Source: Eledone cirrhosa
Taxonomy: Eukaryota
Assembly: GCA_964016885.1 (NCBI GenBank)
Contig: OZ024763.1
Location: 8,556,001 to 8,620,000, forward strand
Length of the DNA: 64,000 nucleotides
Reading direction: 5' to 3'
Part shown: piece after piece, positions 40,541-53,835 of the stretch
Numbering within the stretch: the stretch's first letter is position 1
Layout: each line of letters opens with the position of its first letter
Program-made: the position numbers and the translations under genes
Notes under the pieces: model-generated
Databases searched by the model: none
The model's input: only the letters and a program-made list of their open reading frames with translations
What the model was told of the DNA's origin: nothing

Positions 40541-41479
40541 CTGTGGTCAGAGGCTGGGCTGAAGGTTGGCTGTAACCTATAGCCGACCCAGAATTGTACC
40601 CTGGAGGAGCTGGTGGCCGGCTTTTCGTAGCAGTTGTTGTAGGTGGAGGTACATAACCGGGTGGTACTGGTGGTTGACCTTGATCTTGGACAGGAGCAGG
40701 GGGCTGTGTATACCCTGCTGACTGGGGTGGTGCATATCCAGACTGTTGACCCTGGTACCCTTGAGGCTGTTGGTTAGGGTAGCCCTGTTGTGGTTGTTGT
40801 TGGGTAGGGTAGTTTTGGGGTGGCTGTTGGTTTGGGTACCCTTGCTGGGGTGGCTGTTGGTTTGGGTAGTTCTGAGGTGGCTGTTGGTTTGGGTAGCCTT
40901 GCTGGGGTGGTTGTTGGTTTGGGTAGTTCTGTGGTGGTTGTTGGTTTGGGTAGTTCTGTGGTGGTTGTTGGTTTGGGTATCCTTGCTGGGGTGGCTGTTG
41001 GTTTGGGTAGTTCTGAGGTGGTTGTTGGTTTGGGTATCCTTGCTGGGGTGGCTGTTGGTTTGGGTAGTTCTGAGGTGGCTGTTGATTAGGATACCCTTGC
41101 TGAGGTGGCTGTTGGTTTGGGTAATTTTGGGGTGGTTGTTGGTTAGGGTAACCTTGCTGGGGTGGCTGTTGGTTAGGATACCCTTGCTGGGGCTGTTGTT
41201 GGGTTGGGTAGTTTTGGGGTGGTTGTTGGTTTGGGTAGTTTTGGGGTGGTTGTTGGTTTGGGTTGTTTTGGGGTGGTTGTTGGTTTGGGTACCCTTGTTG
41301 GGGCTGTTGTTGATTAGGGTAACCCTGTTGTTGAGGCTGGGTTGGGTAGGCCTCTGTCTGCTGTGGAGGGGTAATGCTCGGAGGAGTGACAGGGTTAACA
41401 GGTGGTAATGTTGGGTACCCAGCTTGTGAAGAGGGTACATCTGGTGCCCCCTTCTGTGTTAAAGGTGTACTTTCAGCAT
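40541..41479 (-). CDS. PLSCR: Phospholipid scramblase exon 2: 313-codon Pro/Gln/Tyr-rich repeat region ([11 protein letters not shown]...YPNQQPPQ repeats...PPGY...QPLTT)
   Basis: tttcag acceptor, G|gtaggt donor, 939 nt, phase 1 to 1; translated ends are open and in the same frame; this frame is missing from the ORF track. Confidence 0.88.
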
Positions 41480-41538
41480 CTGAAATATAAGAAAATATGG
41501 AAAGGATTTAGAGAGGAAATACTTGCAGTCAGGTCAAC

Positions 41539-41782
41539 TGTGGTGGTACCTATTGACAGCCAGGTGGACTGTGCCTTACTGTGGTGGACTGTACCTCACT
41601 GTGGTGGTACCTATTGACATCCAGGTGGACTGTGCCTTACTGTGGTGGACTGTACCTCACTGTGGTGGTACCTATTGACAGCCAGGTGGACTGTGCCTTA
41701 CTGTGGTGGACTGTACCTTACTGTGATGGTACCTATTGACAGCCAGGTGGACTGTGCCTTACTGTGGTGGACTGTACCTCAC
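41539..41782. repeat. 61-bp minisatellite x4 in PLSCR intron
   Basis: Units start at 41539, 41600, 41661, 41722. Confidence 0.95.
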
Positions 41783-41967
41783 TTCCATCACCATCACCAC
41801 AACCATCACCATCACCACCATCACCACAACCACCATCATCATCGCAATCATCATCATTGTCATCACCATCACCACTTCCATTACCATCACCACCATCACC
41901 ACCATCACCACCATCATCACCACCATCATCACCATCACCATCACCATCACCATCAACAACAACATAC

Positions 41968-41995
41968 CTGTTTTATTTGGTTTTGTGTCTGCCAT
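41968..41995 (-). CDS. PLSCR: Phospholipid scramblase, coding exon 1 (MADTKPNKT; exon acceptor at 42021)
   Basis: ttccag acceptor, AAAATGG start context, G|gtatgt donor; phase 1 matches the next exon. Confidence 0.8.
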
Positions 41996-42449
41996 TTTCA
42001 ACAGAGGATAAAATCAAATATCTGGAATTAAAAAAACAATATATATCATCATCATCATCACCGTCATCATCATCATAGTAATAATAATCATCATTATCAT
42101 TATTATCATCACCACCACCACCACCACTACTACCACCATCATCATGATCATCATCAACACCACCCTTATCATCATCATCATCACCATCATCACTGTTGTA
42201 TGTATAGGTTAGACAGGATGTCATATACTGAGGCTAGGCTGGTCATGTGACCACATCTAAAGTCATTCATTCCATATTTGGCTTGGTTTCTATGGTGAAT
42301 GCCCTTCCATAGTATTGAACTCTCTGTCGCTTAACGCCATGGAAACCGGGATAAGTGCCCAGAAAAAGCTAAACAATGTGAACAGACAACTGCAGTACTT
42401 TCTTGTCAGCCACTTTGCTGGCATGCAATTTTGAGCATATTTCTGTGTG

Positions 42450-42490
<41 letters not shown>

Positions 42491-42530
42491 AAAATAAATA
42501 CAAATACCAAAATCCAAAGAGGGCTCGATA

Positions 42531-42576
<46 letters not shown>

Positions 42577-42589
42577 ATAAAGCAAGTAT

Positions 42590-42717
42590 TTATTATTGGT
42601 ACAGATTAATGTTTTAAGCAAAGAATCACTACGTCCAGGGATCTTCTGAGTTTCAGAAGATCCCGTTTAGTGTGAAAGCAGAAATTCTTTGCTTAAACTT
42701 TAATCTGTACTAATAAT
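42590..42717. repeat. Nested palindromic element
   Basis: ttattggtacagattaa..ttaagcaaagaat / attctttgcttaa..ttaatctgtactaataa with inner gggatcttctga/tcagaagatccc hairpin. Confidence 0.75.
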
Positions 42718-43050
42718 ATATAAATATAAATATACATATATATATATATATATAGAGAGAGAGAGGGAGAGATTTGTGTGTATATGTATGTATATATATA
42801 TATATGTGTGTGTGTGTATGTGTATATATATATATATATTTATAAATAATATAATTAAAAATATTAACAAATGAAAAATATTCTCATAATCAAAATATAT
42901 ACTTTATTATATATATATTTCAAAAGTACTGTGTTGTTTATTCAGTACGTCCTCATCAGACAAAATATATGATTTGATATATGACATACCGCTACGGTCT
43001 TTATTATTCAATTCCAGTATTGGCAGTATATATATATATATATGTATATA

Positions 43051-43146
<96 letters not shown>

Positions 43147-44383
43147 TATATATATAAAATTCAAAATGGCGACTTCTGCAGTAAACGTTCGACATTGCTG
43201 TTGTTTGCTTCTGCAGTGATATTGATCGTTTGCACCATAATATTGGTCACAGAGTTTGTTCTATAAAATCATTTCTGGCTGACATATGTCAGGGTGATAC
43301 AGTTCTACCACAATCCTAACTTAGAAATGTCTTTGTTGTCAGAACAATACCGAAATTTCTGCTGCAGACGATTTTTTTCATGATGTCATAACATAAGCTT
43401 GGCAAAGCTGGTCTGACCTGATCTTGGCTGGTTGGGTCCGGTCGGGTCTGGTTGGGTCCGGTTGGGTCTGGTTGGGGCTGGCCTGACTTGTTCAACTTTC
43501 ATAAACACTCATGTGTATACACATACATTCACACACATACACACTACACACACACTCACACACACACACATTCACACAACCACAAACTCACACACACACA
43601 CACACACCTTCATACACACACTACCTCATACACACACTACCTCACACACCTTCACACACACACACACACCTCCTTACACACACACACACACCTTCACACA
43701 TAAACTCTCACACCTTCACACCTGTCTATTATTATTATTATTGTTTCGTTTTTTGTTCATATTCTCATTCCTAGTTAAAAGGTGTTAACAATGGAAACCT
43801 CCCTCTCTCTCTCTCTCTCTCCATATATATATATACATCCCTTCTCTCTTTCCCTCTTTCTCTCTATCTACTCCTCTCTCCCTCCCTCCATGTTTCACCC
43901 CTACCCCCCTCTATCTCCATATATATATATACCCGCCCCTCTCTCTCTCTTCATTCTCTGGAAGGAATCAACTATGTTCAATCAGAGACCTGAAGAGGTC
44001 CATCCCAGGATTAAAAAATGTCACTTCTGGGGTTGCATGGCTCAGTGGTTAGAGTGGAATACTCTCTTTCTTTCTTTCATTCTTTCTATCATTCCCTCCT
44101 TCCTTCCTCATCCCTCCCCTCGCAGGTCAATAAAATAAGTCAAGTACCCTGCCAATTTATACAGTTTGCTATGCACAAAAAATAGAAATAATAATAACAC
44201 AACAAAAAAAGAACAAAACAGCAAAAGAGAAAGAAGTTCACCTGGAAATTACTGGCTTCATCCCAGCACCACAGGTAGCGAGCCATTGATTAAACGCAAT
44301 GAGTATATATGAGCTACTCTTTAAATTTAGAAACATTTAATCACCAGCGACTACTTCTGAATGTCTTTAATGAAATAACTAAC

Positions 44384-44849
44384 TTTAAACCTTTAGCATT
44401 TAAACCGGTCATATCCAGCCAGAATTCTTTCACCTCTTTCTGTTCAGGCTGGCTGTAACTGGCCACTCATACTGATGTTAAGGTAGTGTTCTCAAAATAA
44501 CTAACATTAAAATCTCGTAGATTCGATATTATATGAGATAATTATGGTTCTTATAGAGGCACAAGGCCAGCAATTATGGGGGAGGAGAAAGTTGATTAAA
44601 TCAACCCCAGTGCATTACTGGTACTTTATTTTATCGACCCTGTAAAGATGAAAAGCAAAGTTAACCTCGGCGGGATTTGAACTCAGATCATAAAGGGCCA
44701 TAACTCTATGCTGCAAAGCATGGCGTCCGACTCTCTACCGATACTGCCAATCCACTGCCCTTAATATATATGAGATATTATGTGAGGTAAAGCTTTTACC
44801 ACAAAAATACGATAGTATATATAGAGTAATGTAAATGGTAAAGGGTTAA
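44384..44849 (-). mobile_element. Same MITE with a single 60-bp unit, interrupted by a SINE
   Basis: ttaaacctttagcattt ... aaatggtaaagggttaa. Confidence 0.75.
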
Positions 44850-45612
44850 ACCAGCCATATCCAGCCAGAATTCTCTCACCTCTTCCTGTTCAAACTGGCC
44901 ACTCATACTTATGTTAAGGTATTGTTTTCAAAATAAATAATACCAAAATCTCATAGATTCGATATTATGTGAGGTAAAGCCTTTACTGTGAAAATACAAT
45001 AGTATATATAGAGTAATGTAAATGTTATGTGAGATATTATGTGAGGTAAAGCCTTTACTGTGAAAATACAATAGTATATATAGAGTAATGTAAATGTTAT
45101 GTGAGATATTATGTGAGGTAAAGCCTTTACTGTGAAAATACAATAGTATATATAGAGTAATGTAAATGTTATGTGAGATATTATGTGAGGTAAAGCCTTT
45201 ACTGTGAAAATACAATAGTATATATAGAGTAATGTAAATGTTATGTGAGATATTATGTGAGGTAAAGCCTTTACTGTGAAAATACAATAGTATATATAGA
45301 GTAATGTGAATGTTATGTGAGATATTATGTGAGGTAAAGCCTTTACTGTGAAAATACAATAGTATATATAGAGTAATGTAAATGATATGTGAGATATTAT
45401 GTGAGATAACGTCTTTACTGTGAAAATACAATAGTATATATAGAGTAATGTAAATGTTATGTGAGATATTATGTGAGGTAAAGTCTTTACTGTGAAAATA
45501 CAATAGTATATATAGAGTAATGTAAATGTTATGTGAGATATTATGTGAGATAAAGCCTTTACTGTGAAAATACAATAGTATATATAGAGTAATGTAAATG
45601 ATAAAGGGTTAA
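44850..45612 (-). mobile_element. Same MITE with ~11 x 60-bp units, directly adjoining the previous copy
   Basis: Ends aaatgataaagggttaa; 60-bp period 44960-45600. Confidence 0.8.
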
Positions 45613-46549
45613 AAAAATAACATAGGCGGAGGTGGTGAGAGCAGACCTCAGATAGCTGAAGCTGACAGAGGAGATGAATGACTGTGATGAATGTAGAGAT
45701 GCTATACTGTGCTGAAGAGGACCCATCCCACCCTTGCAAGCAGGGAAAAGTGGATGTAAAATGATGATAATGATGTTGTTGATGATGATAATGTTTCTAC
45801 TTTAGGCACAAGGCCAGCCATTTGAAAGGGAGGGGAAAGTCGATTAAATTGACCCCAGTGTATAACTGGTACTTTATTTTATCAACCGTGTAAGGATCAC
45901 TCAGACCGGGTGATGCATTGTGTCCTTAAGCAAGACACTTTATTTCACATTGCTCTTTCTACCAGGAGTTGCAACCAGTAGATAGTATCAGCAAGGGACC
46001 AGTGGAGTGGAACTCATCAAATCGGACCAAGGAAACAATGTTTCCATTGGTCTTTCCTATCAACTATCAACTATCTACCGGTTGCAACTCCAGGTAGAAG
46101 GAGCAACATGAAGTAAAGTGTCTTGCTCAAGGACACAACACATCACCCAGCCCGAGAATTGAACTCGCAACCTCACAATTACATATCCAACTCCCTAACC
46201 ACTCAGCCACATACCTTCATAATACTCACTACTAATACAGATAAAATAATGTACCAGTCATGTGCTGAGGGTTGGTTTAATAAACAATACCCACCTACCC
46301 ACCTACTTTAAATTTCTAGCTGCACGTCTATGCCGCAGATCAATAAGACAAAGAAAGTCAATTAGCAGGGGGAAGCAGATCAATACATAAAATTTGTTCA
46401 CAGAAATACAGAGAACAGTTGATTGATTTTTGTAATACTAGAATTTTTTTCCACTCTTTATAATATAACCATACTCTACTACCCCAAGTATTGAGTACTC
46501 TGGTGAGTAATGGTCTAACTAGTTTCAAACTGAATCCATCCTGATTTAT

Positions 46550-46603
<54 letters not shown>

Positions 46604-46672
46604 AAGAACGGACGTAAAACGGCGATGATGATGATGACATCACTCCTTCTCGGAGTTCCTCCCCCCACTCTC

Positions 46673-46700
46673 CTGATGAAGGGTTTATGCCCGAAACGTC
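46673..46700 (+). ncRNA. Hammerhead core (stem I not evident)
   Basis: CTGATGA AGGGT TTAT GCCC GAAAC GTC. Confidence 0.55.
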
Positions 46701-46854
46701 GCAACCACAATTCCCACTCTCACTAACCGTGACACTAATACTATTTGTAACATGTATTCCTGCGTTGTCTGTTTATTCCGAACTATATATATATATATAT
46801 ATATATATAGTTATAGGAATAACCAAAGAGTGCTTAGAAATACATAGTTTTATT

Positions 46855-46901
46855 AGCTAACAGTGTTTCATCCATACACCATGGCAGGAATCATCAGAGC
46901 C
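46855..46901 (-). ncRNA. Type I hammerhead motif
   Basis: GGCU CUGAUGA UUCC...GGAU GAAACA C UGUU AGCU. Confidence 0.6.
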
Positions 46902-47031
46902 TATAAACATGAGTATATCAGTAGTTGCATGCTTCATCGAGCTGCGTCACATTGAGCTAAAACCACACTGTCATACCCATACCAAGGGCAATATATCTAC
47001 ATGTCTGGGCATATTCATATATTTGTCAACG

Positions 47032-47067
<36 letters not shown>

Positions 47068-47876
47068 ACAAGAAACGAAGCAGGCTGTGTGGCTACTGTA
47101 AACAAAGTGCAAGACGGTAATATGGACAAAACAAGAGAAGAAACCCTTCATCAGCTGTTAACTGCAGATCATAGATGTTTCGGTGCTTAAAACAGGACAT
47201 CGAAATCGAGCAGCTGCACGCCCAAGGCCTTTTATCGATCAAAAGGCCATGAGGGGAAGAAAAGATAAGTGAGAGGCAGAAAGAGGAAAAACAAAGTAAA
47301 CTAACCGAATGGAGGGGGGACACAGTTAGAAATGAAGGGAAAGCACAAACAAGAGAAGGGTCCCCTCTTCAGTTGTCTGCTGGGTGTCTCAGACGTTTCA
47401 GCACATTAACGACAGCATCTATCCCAACACATTAAAAACAACATCTATCCCAACACATTAAAGACAGCACCTATCCCCAGTGCGTCCATAACTTTGCAAG
47501 TTATTGGGGAGAGAAAGAAGGAGAGAAAATAAATTAAATTCAAGGAGACAACAAACAGAGGTACAAAAAGTCACCCTCACCACTAGGGCAAGTACCCTCT
47601 CCCAGTTTTCTTCCTTCAATACTACAGGCGCATGCTCAGAGCAGGCCCATTCCCACAGGCCATTCTTGGCTCTCTCACCCACCTTTCAAAAAACTGGCTG
47701 GAAGGAAGCACTTCCCTCTCCACCCTGATTTTCCTTTTCAGGTAAAACCTGAAAAAGTTAATGTGATTTTATTTTCCCTTCACATAAATTTATTTTAACT
47801 TTTTTTATAGCCTTCTGTTCTTTACAGATACACACCCACACACATACCCACACAGCCACACACATACCCACACAGC

Positions 47877-47909
<33 letters not shown>

Positions 47910-47996
47910 GTTAAAGGTAAACAGAAATAACAACACAATCAGTACAGTATATGGAAGGGATATATTAGGTTAACACTTGATATAGCAGGATGAGGG

Positions 47997-48032
47997 TCTC
48001 AACGTTTCGGACGCTAGTCCTTCATCAGAAGA
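47997..48032 (-). ncRNA. Minimal hammerhead (family A) within a ~170-bp element at 47910-48080
   Basis: UCUU CUGAUGA AGGACUAGCGUCC GAAAC GUU GAGA. Confidence 0.75.
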
Positions 48033-49037
48033 AAGAATGAGAAATAAAATAGATTGAGGGGACGGGTGGGATGGAATTGGATATATATATATATATATAT
48101 ATTGAAATTGGTGATATTAGGAAGGCCCAGCCATAGAAACTGTGACGAGGTCATGTGATATGTCTGGCTACAAATCAGGACAACCCATCTAACCTATACA
48201 TGTATGGAAAATATATGTAGAATGGTCATGATGATGATAGTGGCGGTGGTTGGAGATGGTGATGGTGGTGATGGTGGTAGTGGTGGTGGTGGTGGTAGTA
48301 GTGGTGGTGGTGGTGGTGTACATATTCTACATGTATGTGTGTGTGTGTGTGTGTGATGTTTGTGTGTGTGTCTGTGGTGTTTGTGTGAGTGCATGTGTAT
48401 GCAGTGTGTGTGTGTGTATATGAGGTACCGCAGTGTAGCTACAGCCAATAATTATACAAACAGTGATGGTGGTGGTGGTGGTGGTGGTGGTGGTGGTGGA
48501 GCTGTTTATGGTGATGGTAGGGGTACTGATTGTGGTGATGGTGGTGGGTGTAATGATGGTGCTGATGGTGGTGGCGGAGGTGGTGGTAGCGATGGTAGTG
48601 GTGATGGTGGTGGTAGTGATGGTACTTAAATATATATATAAAACAGTATGATGTGATATGAGGGAGATTTGGCTGCTATTTCTAACAGATCCAGCTACTA
48701 CGTATGTCTTACTCAGTGGATCCCCCCATATATATATATATATATATACAGAGAGAGAGTGAGAGAGATACATAAGAGAGTAGAGTGTGATTTGAAGGAG
48801 ATTTGGCTGTTATTTCTAGCAGCTCTAGTGTATGCAGTGAGGAGGGGGGGGTGAAGTTTGAACAGAAAGAATGACAAAACCTTAGGGTTACCTGGTTAGC
48901 GTAAGTAAACCTTGTTTGGTCCGAGCAAGCAACTGGATAGTAGTCCAAATAGTCCAAGCTGGTTGTCGTAGTATGGTTGAAATAACTGACCAGTCAGTCA
49001 AGCATAAACACGACTTTCCTATTGGATAATATGATTG

Positions 49038-49264
49038 GGTGGTCAGTTGTAAAGGAGTTTTCTGTTGAGCAAACTGAATAAGGGGGTCAACTTTTTCTAG
49101 TGGACAATATATGAATACACAATTAACTGGTCAGTTATTATTTCCTTTCCTGGATAGTAGAGTCCAAATAAAAACCTCGCTGGCTGTCCAGCAGAGTACC
49201 CAGCTGCCGGTCAGTGGATATAATCCCTGTGGCCGCTCCACTCAATGGTCAGTGTAAAAATAAA

Positions 49265-49319
<55 letters not shown>

Positions 49320-49628
49320 CCTTAAAATTTCCTGGTGGGTTATCTTGATTAAGTGGTCAGTTGTAAAGTACTTTTTTGTTGGATAAAATAATTAAGTGGT
49401 CAGTTTTATGTAGATAACTTTCCTGGTGGACGATATGAATACAGGAGTAATTGGTCAGTTATAATTTCCTTTCCTGGATAGTAGAGACCAAATAACACAC
49501 CTTGTTGGTTGTCCAGCAGTGTAACCGGCAAACGGTCAGTAGAAATAAACCCTGTGGCCGCTCTGCTCCACTCAATGGTCAGTGTAAACAAAATATATAT
49601 GTATAAATTAAAAATACCTTAAAATGTA
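49038..49628. repeat. ~310-bp imperfect tandem duplication
   Basis: ggtcagttgtaaag...ctccactcaatggtcagtgtaaa...aaaataccttaaaat present twice. Confidence 0.8.
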
Positions 49629-49990
49629 CTGTTTTGCTGCTGGACTGGAATTAGGTAGCAGCGAGACTGCCTGGCCGGCCAGAGCTGGCTCCAGTAAACC
49701 TGACTGACCTATGGTAGGTCTCAGTGAGTAAGAAGTGACCAAGTGATTGAATTGTGGTGTGAAAGTGGAAAAACTGGAATCTAGCTGGACAGTGGCTGGT
49801 TATGGGTGAGGTGGGAAGAATAAGTAAGGGGTTAAGTGCAATAGGCTGGACAATGGTCTCAGAGAGTGACCAGAGGGAGAGAGAGAGAGGGGGGAATATA
49901 GGGGAGAAAGAGAGAAAGTGTCCAGTGGGGAAGAGAGAGAGAAGGGGAAGATGGGGATGAAAGAGAAAGAGAGAGTGACTGGGGGGAGAA

Positions 49991-50030
<40 letters not shown>

Positions 50031-50113
50031 GTAAATAGACTGAACAGAGAGTGTGGAGAATGACCAAGGATAGATAGATAGCTAGATAGAGAGAGGGAGA
50101 GAGAGATAGCTTT

Positions 50114-50149
<36 letters not shown>

Positions 50150-50659
50150 GACTAGAAGGAGAGGAAGAGAGGGTAAAAAGGTGGGATCTGGGGATACAGT
50201 AAATCCATAAGGGTGGATGCAATAACAAGAAGGTAGCAACACACCCGATTGGCTTAGAAACTGTACAGTGACTAACTGGAGAGTGTCTGGAGCAGAGGGC
50301 TGCAACACTAGTGTGTGTAGGTGTGTATATCTGTATGGTGTATATGTGTATATCTGCATATATATATATATGTGTGTGTGTATATATATGTGTGTGTGTG
50401 TATATATACACATACATATATATGCGTGTGTGTATATATGCACACACAAATATATACATATATATATACACATATATATATATATACACATATACATATA
50501 TATATATATACACATATACATATAAATACATATATATATATACATACACATATACATATATATATATATATATATATACATGTGTGTGAGAGAGAAAAAG
50601 AGAGACTCCCCCACCTTCCACCCACCTGTACTGCAGCAAACGAAAAAGTCTATAATTAT

Positions 50660-53165
50660 GTGGTGGTGGTGGTAGTAGTGGTTGTGGTGGTGGTGGTGGT
50701 GGTTGTGGTGGTGGTGGTGGTGGTAGTGGTGGTGGTTGGTGGTAGTGGTAGTGGTGGTAGTAGTGGTTGTGGTGGTGGTGGTGGTGGTGGTGGTGGTGGT
50801 GGTAGTGGTGGTAGTAGTGGTGGTGGTGGTGGTGGTAGTAGTGGTTGTGGTGGTGGTGGTGGTGGTTGTGGTGGTGGTGGTGGTGGTAGTGGTGGTGGTT
50901 GGTGGTGGTGGTGGTAGTGGTGGTAGTAGTGGTGGTGGTGGTGGTGGTGGTGGTAGTGATGGTGGTGGTGGTGGTGGTGGTAGTGGTAGTGGTGGTAGTA
51001 GTGGTTGTGGTGGTGGTGGTGGTGGTGGTGGTGGTGGTAGTGGTGGTAGTAGTGGTGGTGGTGGTGGTGGTGGTAGTGATGGTGGTGGTGGTGGTGGTGG
51101 TAGTGGTTGGTGGTGGTGGTGGTAGTGGTGGTAGTAGTAGTGGTGGTGGTGGTTGGTGGTGGGGTGGTGGTAGTAGTGGTGGTGGTGGTTGTGGTGGTGG
51201 TGGTGGTGGTAGTGGTGGTGGTTGGTGGTGGTAATGGTGGTGGAGGTGGTGGTGGTGGTAGTAGTGGTTGTGGTGGTGGTGGTGGTGGTGGTGGTGGTGG
51301 TAGTGGTGGTAGTAGTGGTGGTGGTGGTGGTGGTAGTAGTGGTGGTGGTGGTAGTGGTTGGTGGTGGTGGTGGTGGTAGTGGTGGTAGTGGTGGTAGTGG
51401 TGGTGGTGGTGGTGGTGGTAGTGGTTGGTGATGGTGGTGGTGGTGGTGGTAGTGGTGGTAGTAGTGGTGGTGGTGGTGGTGGTGGTGGTAGTGGTTGGTG
51501 GTGGTGGTGGTAGTGGTGGTAGTAGTAGTGGTGGTGGTGGTAGTGGTGGTAGTGGTGGTGGTGGTGGTGGTTGGTGGTGGTGGTAGTAGTGGTGGTGGTG
51601 GTAGTGGTTGGTGGTGGTGGTGGTGGTAGTGGTGGTAGTAGTGGTGGTGGTGGTGGTGGTGGTGGTGGTAGTGGTTGGTGATGGTGGTGGTAGTGGTGGT
51701 AGTGGTGGTAGTAGTGGTGGTGGTGGTGGTGGTGGTGGTGGTAGTGGTTGGTGATGGTGGTGGTAGTGGTGGTAGTGGTGGTGGTAGTGGTTGGTGGTGG
51801 TGGTGGTGGTAGTAGTGGTGGTAGTGGTGATAGTAGTGGTGGTGGTGGTGGTGGTGGTGGTGGTTGGTGGTGGTGGTGGTAGTGGTGGTAGTAGTAGTGG
51901 TGGTGGTGGTTGGTGGTGGTGGTAGTAGTGGTGGTGGTGGTAGTGGTTGGTGGTGGTGGTGGTAGTGGTGGTAGTAGTGGTGGTGGTGGTAGTGGTAGTA
52001 GTGGTGGTGGTGGTAGTGGTTGGTGGTGGTGGTAGTGGTGGTAGTAGTGGTGGTGGTGGTGGTGGTGGTAGTGATGGTGGTGGTGGTGGTGGTGGTAGTG
52101 GTTGGTGGTGGTGGTGGTAGTGGTGGTAGTAGTAGTGGTGGTGGTGGTTGGTGGTGGGGTGGTGGTAGTAGTGGTGGTGGTGGTTGTGGTGGTGGTGGTG
52201 GTGGTAGTGGTGGTGGTTGGTGGTGGTAATGGTGGTGGAGGTGGTGGTGGTGGTAGTAGTGGTTGTGGTGGTGGTGGTGGTGGTGGTGGTGGTGGTAGTG
52301 GTGGTAGTAGTGGTGGTGGTGGTGGTGGTAGTAGTGGTGGTGGTGGTAGTGGTTGGTGGTGGTGGTGGTGGTAGTGGTGGTAGTGGTGGTAGTGGTGGTG
52401 GTGGTGGTGGTGGTAGTGGTTGGTGATGGTGGTGGTGGTGGTGGTAGTGGTGGTAGTAGTGGTGGTGGTGGTGGTGGTGGTGGTGGTAGTGGTTGGTGGT
52501 GGTGGTGGTAGTGGTGGTAGTAGTAGTGGTGGTGGTGGTAGTGGTGGTAGTGGTGGTGGTGGTGGTGGTTGGTGGTGGTGGTAGTAGTGGTGGTGGTGGT
52601 AGTGGTTGGTGGTGGTGGTGGTGGTAGTGGTGGTAGTAGTGGTGGTGGTGGTGGTGGTGGTGGTGGTAGTGGTTGGTGATGGTGGTGGTAGTGGTGGTAG
52701 TGGTGGTAGTAGTGGTGGTGGTGGTGGTGGTGGTGGTGGTAGTGGTTGGTGATGGTGGTGGTAGTGGTGGTAGTGGTGGTGGTAGTGGTTGGTGGTGGTG
52801 GTGGTGGTAGTAGTGGTGGTAGTGGTGATAGTAGTGGTGGTGGTGGTGGTGGTGGTGGTGGTTGGTGGTGGTGGTGGTAGTGGTGGTAGTAGTAGTGGTG
52901 GTGGTGGTTGGTGGTGGTGGTAGTAGTGGTGGTGGTGGTAGTGGTTGGTGGTGGTGGTGGTAGTGGTGGTAGTAGTGGTGGTGGTGGTAGTGGTAGTAGT
53001 GGTGGTGGTGGTAGTGGTTGGTGGTGGTGGTGGTGGTGGTAGTGGTGGTAGTGGTGGTAGAAGTGGTGGTGGTGGTTATGATGTGGTAGTGGTTTGGTGG
53101 TAGTAGTAGTGGGGGGGGGGGGGTTATGATGTGGTGGTGTGGTAGTGGTGGTGGTGGTGTTTGTG
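50660..53165. repeat. (GGT/AGT)n array of ~2.5 kb with a 995-bp higher-order duplication
   Basis: Identical track ORFs offset by 995 (51107/52102; 51222/52217). Confidence 0.95.
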
Positions 53166-53332
53166 GTGATTGTGGCGTTCATGGGTGTCTGCGTACTGTA
53201 ATTTGTGTTGGTGGTGGTGTGTGTGGGGGGGGGGGGGGGACAAACATAAACACAATAGAGGGCGGGGGGGAGAAAAACAAAAGTGAGAAAATTATAAAGT
53301 AATATAGACTGATCGAACACCAGCATTTGTGG

Positions 53333-53375
<43 letters not shown>

Positions 53376-53384
53376 ACAGAAAAC

Positions 53385-53440
53385 GTTCTGTTATTATTTC
53401 TGGCAATATTATTACAACAATATGACTCTCCCCAAGTATA

Positions 53441-53504
<64 letters not shown>

Positions 53505-53545
53505 ATACTTGGGGAGGGTCATATTGTTGTAATAATATTGCCAGA

Positions 53546-53581
<36 letters not shown>

Positions 53582-53835
53582 ATACTTGGGGAGGGTCATA
53601 TTGTTGTAATAATATTGCCAGAAATAATATATATATATATATTGTTATACTTGGGGAGGGTCATATTGTTGTAATAATATTGCCAGAAATAATATATATA
53701 TATATATATATTGTTATACTTGGGGAGGGTCATATTGTTGTAATAATATTGCCAGAAATAATATATATATATATATATATTGTTATACTTGGGGAGGGTC
53801 ATATTGTAATAATATTGCCAGAAATAATAACAGAA
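53385..53835. repeat. ~50-bp unit plus (TA)n, 5 tandem copies facing one inverted copy; dispersed relatives at 14125-14175, 32998-33030, 39960-40090
   Basis: tgttatacttggggagggtcatattgttgtaataatattgccagaaataa. Confidence 0.9.

Noticed and set aside
40577-41440. 287-aa T/N/H ORF and 220-aa antisense ORF
   Set aside because: Alternative-frame shadows of the real YPNQQ exon; incompatible with the splice phases
44242-44366. Candidate upstream PLSCR coding exon
   Set aside because: Stops in the needed phase; 41968-41995 fits better; could at most be 5' UTR
47615-47660. GCGCATGC (NRF1-like) promoter motif
   Set aside because: Single short motif with no TSS evidence
49859-53452. 1197-aa Pro/Thr/His ORF
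   Set aside because: Translation of an (ACC)n/(TA)n microsatellite; no domain and no splice context
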